Assembly (NCBI GenBank): GCA_034666445.1
Contig: JAXDLV010000224.1
Coordinates: forward strand, 1-39,871
DNA: 39,871 bases
Source of the DNA: Chloroflexota bacterium
GTDB lineage: Bacteria; Chloroflexota; Dormibacteria; DASZGP01
Direction: 5' to 3'
The first letter of the stretch is position 1. The number at the start of each line of letters is the position of its first letter. The notes under the pieces are model-generated. The model was not told the DNA's origin. It made no database searches and saw only the letters and a program-made list of their open reading frames with translations. This document shows, piece by piece, positions 9,223-16,660 of the stretch. The position numbers and the translations under genes are program-made.

Positions 9223-10145
9223 CGCCGGCGCCGATCCTGGTCGTCGGCTCGGTGGCACTGGACAGCATCGAGACGCCTTTTGCCCGCCGCGACGACGTCC
9301 TCGGCGGCGCCGCGGTGCATTTCTCGATCGCGGCCTCGCTGTTCGCGCCGGTCAGGTTGGTCGGCGTGGTTGGGCGGGACTTCCCGATGGCCGAGCTCGA
9401 CATCCTCCGCCGTCGCGACGTCGACCTCGCCGGCCTCGAGGTGGGCGAGGGCCCGAGCTTCCGCTGGCGGGGGCGTTACCACCTCGACATGGACCATCGC
9501 GACACCCTCGACCTGCAGCTGGGCGTGTTCAGCGATTTCCACCCGACCCTCCCCGGCGGCTTCCTGGACAGCGAGGTCGTGTTCCTGGCCAACACCGACC
9601 CCGGGCTGCAGCTGCGCGTGCTGGACCAGGTGGCGGGCGCCAGGCTCACCGCCTGCGACACCATCGACCACTGGATCGCGGAGAAGCGCGAGGCCGTCGA
9701 CAGCCTCTTCGGCCGCGTCGACCTGGTGTTCCTCAACGAGGACGAGGCCCGCCTGTACGCCGACACCCCCAACCTCCAGCGCGCGGCGCGCACGATCCTC
9801 GAGCGCGGCTGCCGGGCGGTCCTGATCAAGAAAGGGGAGAACGGCGCGCTGGTGCTGCGGCGCGCCGCCGACGGGGTGGAGACCTTCGCCTGCGCTGCCT
9901 ACCCCCTGGAGGAGGTGGTCGACCCCACCGGCGCGGGCGACGCGTTTGCCGGCGGGGTGATGGGGGTGCTGGCCGCCGCCCACGACCACGAGCTGGCCGG
10001 CCTCCGCCGGGCCGCCGCGATCGGCTCCGTCGTCGCCTCCTTCAATGTCGAGGGCTTCGGCGCCGAGGGCATCGAGCCCGTCGCGACTGAAGACGTCCTG
10101 GCGCGCTACGCGGAGATCAGGAAGCTGGTCGCCCTGCCCGAGTAG
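9219..10145 (+). CDS. PfkB-family carbohydrate/nucleoside kinase
   Basis: Motifs [32 protein letters not shown] and the PfkB signature [15 protein letters not shown] 9219 overlaps the upstream TGA (TTGA coupling). Confidence 0.9.
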   Translation: MTPAPILVVGSVALDSIETPFARRDDVLGGAAVHFSIAASLFAPVRLVGVVGRDFPMAELDILRRRDVDLAGLEVGEGPSFRWRGRYHLDMDHRDTLDLQLGVFSDFHPTLPGGFLDSEVVFLANTDPGLQLRVLDQVAGARLTACDTIDHWIAEKREAVDSLFGRVDLVFLNEDEARLYADTPNLQRAARTILERGCRAVLIKKGENGALVLRRAADGVETFACAAYPLEEVVDPTGAGDAFAGGVMGVLAAAHDHELAGLRRAAAIGSVVASFNVEGFGAEGIEPVATEDVLARYAEIRKLVALPE

Positions 10146-11241
10146 CCAGCCGCCGCAGGCGCTCCGCCCAGCGCCACGCCCGCGTCCGCGCCATCGCCGC
10201 GGCGCGGGCATCCGCGCGCCGCACGTCGTCCTCGAGCCGCTCGACGTCCTCCTGCAGGCGGCGTACGTCCGCCTGGGCGGCGGCCAGGTCCGGTTCCAGC
10301 TCGCCGAAGACCGATTCGCGCTGCCGCGCCCGCGACAGGGGCACCACGAGGTCGCGGTCGGCGGGGTCGAACGACACCGCAACCAGGCCGTCGCCGGTGA
10401 AGGACTCGCCGACGCTGTGCTCGGCGATGACGTGCGCCCCCAGCTCGCGCAGCGTCGCCAGCACCGACTGGTGGGTCAGCGCGTCGCCGCTGATGCTGTG
10501 GTGATGGGTAGAAACTGTCAGGAAGCGAACCCGGCCTGAGCGCAGCGGCGCTTCGGCCTGCTCCAGGAGGGCGGTCTCGGCGCCCTGGATGTCGGCCAGC
10601 ACAAGGCTCACCTGCTCCACCTCGGCCAGCTCCAACAGGGACTCGAGGCTGTGCTGGGGCACGTCGCGGATGATGCCGTCGCTCTCGCAGCGGAACGGCA
10701 GGCTCGGTCCAGTCGCGGTGCCGATCACCCCCTGCACGAACGTTCCCGGCATGTCGTTGAGCTCAAAGTTGCGGCGTCCCACCTCCAGGTAGGCGGGGTC
10801 GGGCTCCATCGCCACCACGGTCGCGTCGGGGAAGCGGCGCTTGAACCAGAGGCTGTAGTACGCCCACCAGCTGCCCAGCTCGATCATCGACCGCGGCGCG
10901 GCGGCCGCGTCGAGGCGCTCCAGGATTCGGGCGAAGACCAGCTCCTCCTGGGGCTCGTGGTGGCCGCGTAGGCACCTGATCAGCTCCGTCATCCAGGGCC
11001 CCTGGTAGGCGTCCCTCTGCACCAGGGTGCCGTCGTGCATGACCTGCACCTCGACGCCCCCAACCGCCCGCGTCGTCCCGGCGCCGGCGACCTTGGGGAG
11101 GGTGGCTACGTCGTCGCAGGAGAGGGCCAGCTCGACGCGCCGCCGCAGCGCCGGCTCGAGGCCGTCCAGCCTCGGCGCGAGGTCGCGCGGTCCGTCCGCC
11201 GAGCGCGGCAGCGCGCGCTTCGCGGGCTCCTGGCTGGACAC
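10117..11241 (-). CDS. FkbM-family SAM-dependent methyltransferase with C-terminal coiled coil
   Basis: Motifs [25 protein letters not shown] and ADIQGAE (FkbM-type DxxGxE). Heptad tail [25 protein letters not shown] is followed by the basic/aromatic [12 protein letters not shown]. Confidence 0.85.
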   Translation of the reverse strand: MSSQEPAKRALPRSADGPRDLAPRLDGLEPALRRRVELALSCDDVATLPKVAGAGTTRAVGGVEVQVMHDGTLVQRDAYQGPWMTELIRCLRGHHEPQEELVFARILERLDAAAAPRSMIELGSWWAYYSLWFKRRFPDATVVAMEPDPAYLEVGRRNFELNDMPGTFVQGVIGTATGPSLPFRCESDGIIRDVPQHSLESLLELAEVEQVSLVLADIQGAETALLEQAEAPLRSGRVRFLTVSTHHHSISGDALTHQSVLATLRELGAHVIAEHSVGESFTGDGLVAVSFDPADRDLVVPLSRARQRESVFGELEPDLAAAQADVRRLQEDVERLEDDVRRADARAAAMARTRAWRWAERLRRLATRAGRPAS

Positions 11242-11247
11242 GCGGGC

Positions 11248-11311
11248 ATGCTACACCCTGCCGCGGCGCTGCCCGGGAGGCGGCGGACGGGCCCGGGTTG
11301 TTGGATAGACT
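11248..11311. promoter_or_regulatory. Divergent -10 boxes: TAGCAT (11253-11248, -) for the FkbM gene and TAGACT (11306-11311, +) for ahcY
   Basis: TANNNT hexamers lie 6 and 7 nt before the respective GTG starts (11241 and 11319). No SD in either case. Confidence 0.55.
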
Positions 11312-11318
11312 TGCCGCC

Positions 11319-12593
11319 GTGAATGTGAAGACCGCCGTCCGGCACGACGTCACCGACCTTGGCCTCGCCGCCGAGGGCAAGCGCCTCATCGACTGGTCCG
11401 CCCGCGAGATGCCGGTGCTGCGGCAGATCCGGGAGCGCTTCGCGGCGGAGAAGCCGCTGCAGGGCATCCGCATGTCGGGCTGTCTTCACATCACCACCGA
11501 GACGGCCAACCTGGCGATCACCCTGCAGGCCGCCGGCGCCGACCTGACCCTCTGCGCCAGCAACCCGCTCTCCACCCAGGACCCGGTCGCCGCGGCGCTG
11601 GTCGCCGAGCACGGAATCGCCACCTTCGCGCGCAAGGGCGAGGACAACGACACCTACTACCAGCACATCAAGGCCGCGCTGGAGTCGATGCCCCAGATGA
11701 CGATGGACGATGGCTGCGACCTGGTGTCGGAGCTGCACCAGCGGCCCGAGTCGGCGACGGCCGAGGTGTTCGGTGGCCTTGAGGAGACGACCACAGGCGT
11801 CATCCGTCTCCGCGCGATGGAGAAGGCAGGGGTGCTGCGCTTCCCCATCGTCGCCGTCAACGAGGCGCTGACGAAGCACATGTTCGACAACCGCTACGGC
11901 ACCGGCCAGTCCACCCTCGACGGCATCATCCGCGCGACCAACACCCTGCTGGCGGGCAAGACGTTTGTCGTCTGCGGCTACGGGTGGTGCGGCCGCGGGC
12001 TGGCCAGCCGCGCGTCGGGCATGGGCGCCCACGTGGTGGTCACCGAGGTCGACCCGCTGCGTGCCCTGGAGGCCGTGATGGACGGCTACCGGGTCGCCCG
12101 CCTGGAGGACATCGCCCCTGAGGCCGACTTCGTGGTCACCGTCACCGGCGACCTCAACGTGATCGACCGGCGCCACATCGAGAAGCTCAAGGACGGCGCC
12201 ATCGTGGCCAACTCGGGCCACTTCAACGACGAGATCAACATCACGGCGATGGACGAGATGAGCACCGAGGTCAAGCGGGTGCGCACCTTCGTCGACGAGT
12301 ACCGCCTGCAGGATGGGCGCTCCGTCTTCCTGCTCGGTGAGGGCCGCCTGATCAACCTGGCGGCGGCCGAGGGTCACCCCGCCGCGGTGATGGACATGAG
12401 CTTTGCCAACCAGGCGCTGTCGGCCGAGTACATGGCGAAGAACCACGCCAGCCTGGACAAGAAGGTCTACGACGTCCCCGAGGAGATCGACAAGGAGGTC
12501 GCCAAGCTCAAGCTCGCGGCGATGGAGGTCGACATCGACGTCCTGACCCCCGAGCAGGAGAAGTACCTGGCCTCCTGGGAGTCGGGAACCTAA
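11319..12593 (+). CDS. ahcY: Adenosylhomocysteinase (SAH hydrolase)
   Basis: Motifs [76 protein letters not shown] and MDMSFANQ. Start taken as GTG 11319. Confidence 0.97.
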   Translation: MNVKTAVRHDVTDLGLAAEGKRLIDWSAREMPVLRQIRERFAAEKPLQGIRMSGCLHITTETANLAITLQAAGADLTLCASNPLSTQDPVAAALVAEHGIATFARKGEDNDTYYQHIKAALESMPQMTMDDGCDLVSELHQRPESATAEVFGGLEETTTGVIRLRAMEKAGVLRFPIVAVNEALTKHMFDNRYGTGQSTLDGIIRATNTLLAGKTFVVCGYGWCGRGLASRASGMGAHVVVTEVDPLRALEAVMDGYRVARLEDIAPEADFVVTVTGDLNVIDRRHIEKLKDGAIVANSGHFNDEINITAMDEMSTEVKRVRTFVDEYRLQDGRSVFLLGEGRLINLAAAEGHPAAVMDMSFANQALSAEYMAKNHASLDKKVYDVPEEIDKEVAKLKLAAMEVDIDVLTPEQEKYLASWESGT

Positions 12594-12606
12594 GTCGTTC
12601 GGCTCA

Positions 12607-13219
12607 CGAGATCTGCCGACAGCAGCGGCTGATCTGTAGTCACCAGGCCGGCCGACGCCGCACATCCTGGGGGTTCATCCGGCCGGCGCCGCGACCAGGC
12701 CTTTCAAATCGCACCGCGCCGGCCTGCCTGCGCGGGCGGCCGCGCTGGCATCAGCCGTGGGTCTCTGCTTTCCGCCCGCTCCGGAAATCACCCCCAGGAT
12801 GCGCGACGCCGTCCGCCCTGGACTGCGCACCACGGCGCCGCTGCTCTGATCCGCGATGTCCTCATCGGAGGTGGGGGCAGCCGTTGACCACTTGTCGACA
12901 GCGGCAGGGCAAGCGCCGCGCCGTTGAGCTGCCGAAGGTAACCGCGGGCAGAGAACACCTCTAACAAGTCATCGCGGATAGAGGGACGGCTACCCCCGCG
13001 CGCAGTCCCGAGTGCCGGGTGCTGCAGACCCGGGGGCGATTTACGGAGCGGGCGGGATACGCACCTGGCAGGAGATGACCGGATCACGGCCGCACGCGCA
13101 GTAGGCCGGCGCAGTGGCATTGGAATCGCTGAACGCAGCGCCGGCCGCATGAGCCCTCGGGTCTGCGGCTCCCGGCGCCAGGGCCACCCGATACCCGCGG
13201 CAGCTGCCGCGATATCTCG
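12607..13219. repeat. ~613-bp nested imperfect palindrome (non-coding, possible structured RNA or ssDNA element)
   Basis: Exact inverted blocks in near-constant register about a centre at ~12913: 12607-12612/13214-13219, 12680-12689/13138-13147, 12716-12725/13103-13112, 12772-12783/13044-13055, 12820-12828/13000-13008, 12849-12858/12970-12979 and 12868-12873/12956-12961. Each arm is also self-complementary. Confidence 0.9.
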
Positions 13220-13221
13220 GG

Positions 13222-16200
13222 TCAGGCGGCGAGCTCACCCGTCAGGAGGGTGGGGGAGAACTGGCCCGAGATCGGCCCCGCACCGGCGTGGATCGTCACC
13301 CCGGGCGCGTTCCGGTTGGTCTTCCACTTCAGCTTGAAGACGTAATCGTGGCCTGTCGTCATCGCGAACTTCGTCTGCACGAACGCGGCGTTGGGAGAGA
13401 ACGTGCCGGCGAAGCCGCCGCTCTCCTTCCAGGCGAGCAGGGTGTCGCCGCCGCCGTTGTCGCTGACGAAGATGCCGATGTCCTGGTTGTAGCCGGCGAC
13501 CTCGGTCCAGAGGTCGATGTTGCCGCCCAGGAGCATCGAGCCGGAAACCGCCGGGGTGAACGCGAAGGTCGTCGCGCTGCTGAGCGTCTGCCATGTCAGG
13601 CCGTTCGAGCCGTTGAGGCTGAACTGCCCGGTGGAACGGCCGCTCAGGGGGTTGACGTCGTGGGGGATGACCTGGGCAGAGAGGCTCGTCGGCGAGAACG
13701 CGCCGTTGAACGGACCGGCGCCGGCGTGGATCGTCACCCCGGACGCGGGCCTGTTCGCCTTCCACTTCAGCTTGAAGGTGTAACTGTGCCCCGCCACCAT
13801 CGTGTGCGTCGCTTTGACGAATGCGGCGTTGGGCGAGAACGTCCCGGCAAAACCGCCGGACTCCTTCCAGGCGACCAGCTGGTCACCGCCGCTGTTGTCG
13901 CTGACGAAGATCGCGAGGTCCTGGTTGTAGCCGGCGGTATCGGTCCACAGGTCGGCACTGCCACCCAGCACGGCCGTCGAGTCGCCAGTCGGGTTGAGGG
14001 TGGCGCTGGCGCCCAGCAGCTGCCAGGTGACACCGTTGGAGTTCGCCAGGGATTGCTGGAAAGTGGTCACCCCGAAGCTGGGCACCACGCCGACGGGGAA
14101 GGACTGCACGGTCAGGGACGTGGGCGAGAAGAGCCCGCCGAGCGGCCCGGCCCCGGCGTGGATGGTGTTAGCCGGGGCGGGCTTGTTGGGTTTCCACTTC
14201 AGCTTGAAGGTGTACGAGTCGCCTCCGGTCATGCTGTAGGCCACCTGGACGAAGGCTGCGTTGGGCGAGAAGGTCCCGGCAAAGCCCCCGGACTCCTTCC
14301 AGGCCAGCAGCTCGTCAGCGCCGCTGTTGTGGGACACGAAGATGCCAAGGTCCTGGTTGTAACCCTCGCTCGAGGTCCAGAGGTCGGCGTTGGCGGTCAC
14401 CAGCGCGGTGCGGTTGTTGCCCCCGGGTGAGTTGATCAGCAGGTTGGCCGGGTCCAGCTCAACCCAGGTCGCCCCATTGTTGGCGCTCGCCAGGGTGTAC
14501 TGCGCTGTTCGCGACACGGTATTGACAAAGGGCAGCGCCGGGGCCGGCTGGACGTCGACGAAGCCGGTCACCGTCACCGCCTGGCCGTCCGGGTTGGTGA
14601 TGGTGAGGTCCTGCGGCCCGACGCTCGCGGCGCTCGTGTCGAGGCTGAGGCTGACGTGCGTGGGGTCGATGTAGCTGACGCTGTTGACCACCACCCCCCC
14701 GGTGATGGCGGCCTGGAGGTGGTTGGGGATGTTGGCGGCGGGGTCGAAGAAGCCGCTGCCGCTGACGGACGTGCCGGTGACCGAGAGCGTGGTGGCGGTG
14801 CGGTTGGTGAAGACCGGGCCGCTGCTGGACGTCGGCGTCGCCGGCGGCGGCGCGAGCAGCCTGACCGCCTCGACGCCCCACGAGTCGTTGGCGTTGGTGA
14901 ACTCCTGGATGGTCCACATGGTCATGTCATCGCTGGGGTCGAGGCTGGTGTAGGAGTAGTCGCCCCAGCGGTGCGGGTTGGCGCTGTCCGCGACGTTGTA
15001 GGTGAAGGCGCTCGCCTGGTAGATCACCGGGGTTTGCATCGTGCCGGGGCTGTCGCCCACCAGCCGCCCCATCGTGGCCGCCTCGGCGTGCTCGAGGTTG
15101 CCGGCGACGCTGCTTCCCATCGCAACGTGGCCCTGGCCCGACACCATCAGCGAAGGGATGAAGTAGAAGCGCGGGTTGGTGGCCGCCGGGTCGAACACCG
15201 TGCCGGACTGGTTGAGCGATGGCGCGGCCGCGAGGTTGCCGATGTCATACCAGCGAATCGCGTCGCGATCAGCCGTGCAGTTGCCGCCGGAGACCGTCGC
15301 CACCCCGCCGCTGTTGACGCAGATGTTGTGAGCGGTCCACAGGTGCCCGGCCCGAAGGTGCGCGGCCATCAGGCGGTCGTCCGTGGCGTCGAGGTTCACC
15401 GTGCTGCCGAGCGCGGGCACGCCGAGCGGGGACGACGTCAGCGGGACTGACAGCGCCAGGAGGGTGGCGCTGGGGCTGGTGCCAGGGTTGCTGACCCGGG
15501 CGATGTCGAGGCGCCCGAACACGCAGACCGAGATGCCGATGAAGAAGCCCTGGGTCGCACCCGGCGAGAGGTTGTCCACCCCCTGCGGCGAGTAGGGGCC
15601 GTCACCTCCGGAGCCGCAGGTTGTGCCGTTGGGGGACAGGATGAAATGGGTCGGGGACGGGGTGTTGGCGAGCAGCCCGGCTTTGGGGATTACCAGCCCG
15701 TCCGAGCCGGCGAAGGTCGTCACGTTGTTGCAGAAGACGTTGCCGCCGATATAGAGGGCACTGGCGTCTATCCCCAGGGTGTCGTAGTCCCACGCGCAGC
15801 TGGGGCGGAAGTTGGTGACGGGGAAGAACCCGCCCTGGAACAGGGTGGAGTTGGTGACCACGCCGCCGTTGGTGTAGCCCACCAGGATCTTGTTGCTGGG
15901 GGACTCGGCGGTGATCATCGTGAAGAACCACCGGTCGGTGAGGCGGTCGTAGCGGATGCGGGGATCCGACGTGCCGGCCTGGCCCCAGAACGCGTTGGTG
16001 GTCATGTCCAGCACCCCATCCGCCACGCCGGTGGCCTTGTTGAAGCTGCGGATGCGGCCGTTGATCATCACGATGTACTGGGTCGGGCCGACGGCGCCCA
16101 TGCTGTCCGGGGGCACCGCGCCGGAGTCACTCAGCTGGGCGCCGAGGAACTGCGTTCCCGGGGTCTGGGGCAGCAGCGGGCCGCGTACCGGGGCGCGCGC

Positions 16201-16488
16201 CGGCGAGGAGGTCGCCGGGTCGGCGGTGGCGTGCAGCTGGGCCGAGCCGGGGTCGACGCCGCGCTCCCCGCGCAGCGCCGGTCGCGGCGCCCGGGCGGTG
16301 GGCGGGCCAGGCACCGGGGCCATGGCGCGCAGCTGCGCCACGCTCCGCGCCGGGAGCATCGTCATCTGCACCTGGGTGCCCTTCACCACGCGACCGGCGT
16401 CGGTGGTCGCGGCGAGCGCGCCGTGTGGGAACATCGCCGCGGCCGCCACCACGGTGATGGCGGCAAGGTCGCGTAGCGTCCGCCCCAT
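13222..16488 (-). CDS. Large secreted protein: putative beta-propeller domain, Ig/IPT-like domain and three C-terminal WKESGG repeats
   Basis: Signal peptide ending ..HGALA and a Pro-rich segment. Motifs PPDSMGAVGP, SDPRIRYD and RWGDYS. Ig-like stretch VVNSVSYIDPTHVSL..QDLTITNPDGQ. Three ~140-aa terminal repeats. Confidence 0.8.
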   Translation of the reverse strand: MGRTLRDLAAITVVAAAAMFPHGALAATTDAGRVVKGTQVQMTMLPARSVAQLRAMAPVPGPPTARAPRPALRGERGVDPGSAQLHATADPATSSPARAPVRGPLLPQTPGTQFLGAQLSDSGAVPPDSMGAVGPTQYIVMINGRIRSFNKATGVADGVLDMTTNAFWGQAGTSDPRIRYDRLTDRWFFTMITAESPSNKILVGYTNGGVVTNSTLFQGGFFPVTNFRPSCAWDYDTLGIDASALYIGGNVFCNNVTTFAGSDGLVIPKAGLLANTPSPTHFILSPNGTTCGSGGDGPYSPQGVDNLSPGATQGFFIGISVCVFGRLDIARVSNPGTSPSATLLALSVPLTSSPLGVPALGSTVNLDATDDRLMAAHLRAGHLWTAHNICVNSGGVATVSGGNCTADRDAIRWYDIGNLAAAPSLNQSGTVFDPAATNPRFYFIPSLMVSGQGHVAMGSSVAGNLEHAEAATMGRLVGDSPGTMQTPVIYQASAFTYNVADSANPHRWGDYSYTSLDPSDDMTMWTIQEFTNANDSWGVEAVRLLAPPPATPTSSSGPVFTNRTATTLSVTGTSVSGSGFFDPAANIPNHLQAAITGGVVVNSVSYIDPTHVSLSLDTSAASVGPQDLTITNPDGQAVTVTGFVDVQPAPALPFVNTVSRTAQYTLASANNGATWVELDPANLLINSPGGNNRTALVTANADLWTSSEGYNQDLGIFVSHNSGADELLAWKESGGFAGTFSPNAAFVQVAYSMTGGDSYTFKLKWKPNKPAPANTIHAGAGPLGGLFSPTSLTVQSFPVGVVPSFGVTTFQQSLANSNGVTWQLLGASATLNPTGDSTAVLGGSADLWTDTAGYNQDLAIFVSDNSGGDQLVAWKESGGFAGTFSPNAAFVKATHTMVAGHSYTFKLKWKANRPASGVTIHAGAGPFNGAFSPTSLSAQVIPHDVNPLSGRSTGQFSLNGSNGLTWQTLSSATTFAFTPAVSGSMLLGGNIDLWTEVAGYNQDIGIFVSDNGGGDTLLAWKESGGFAGTFSPNAAFVQTKFAMTTGHDYVFKLKWKTNRNAPGVTIHAGAGPISGQFSPTLLTGELAA
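13225..14520 (-). repeat. Three ~140-aa repeats (ADLWT..GYNQDxxIFVS..AWKESGGFAGTFSPNAAFV..YxFKLKWK..AGAGP..FSPT)
   Basis: Three copies visible in the translation of 13222-16488. Confidence 0.9.
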
Positions 16489-16552
16489 CAGAGGAGCTCA
16501 GTGTACGCACGCGGTTCCGGACGGATACGAGGCGGTACGGCGGCGCGGAAGT

Positions 16553-16581
16553 TTGACGGGCCCGGTACCCGGGCGTAGAGT
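16553..16581 (+). promoter_or_regulatory. Sigma70-type promoter for the Ig-repeat gene, with a dyad in the spacer
   Basis: TTGACG (16553-16558), 17-nt spacer, TAGAGT (16576-16581). The spacer holds GCCCGG-tac-CCGGGC (16560-16574). Confidence 0.6.
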
Positions 16582-16660
16582 CCCCGGTACACCACGGGGC
16601 GGATGGCGGTCCCCTTGAGCGTGGTATCGCCGGGGATTTTCGTATTCGAGGACTGAGCTG

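Noticed and set aside
11242-11318. SAH riboswitch upstream of ahcY
   Set aside because: Only 77 bp, shared with a divergent gene. No GAGGAGCGYUGC-like core, and the -10 spacing suggests a leaderless mRNA.
6892-12665. Long minus-strand ORFs 6892-9258, 8934-10382 and 11106-12665
   Set aside because: Antisense to ugd, the decarboxylase, PfkB and ahcY. No independent coding signal.
12594-13221. RNase P RNA, tmRNA, SRP, 6S RNA or CRISPR array as the identity of the long intergenic region
   Set aside because: No GAGGAAAGUCC (RNase P), no tRNA-like GGGG...CCA ends with tag ORF (tmRNA) and no regularly spaced direct repeats. It is much longer than SRP or 6S. Judged by eye, so an Rfam scan is still advisable.
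12788-13238. Short ORFs (120 aa and 65 aa) within the palindrome
   Set aside because: No motifs, no GC3 bias and no SD. The sequence is better explained by inverted symmetry.
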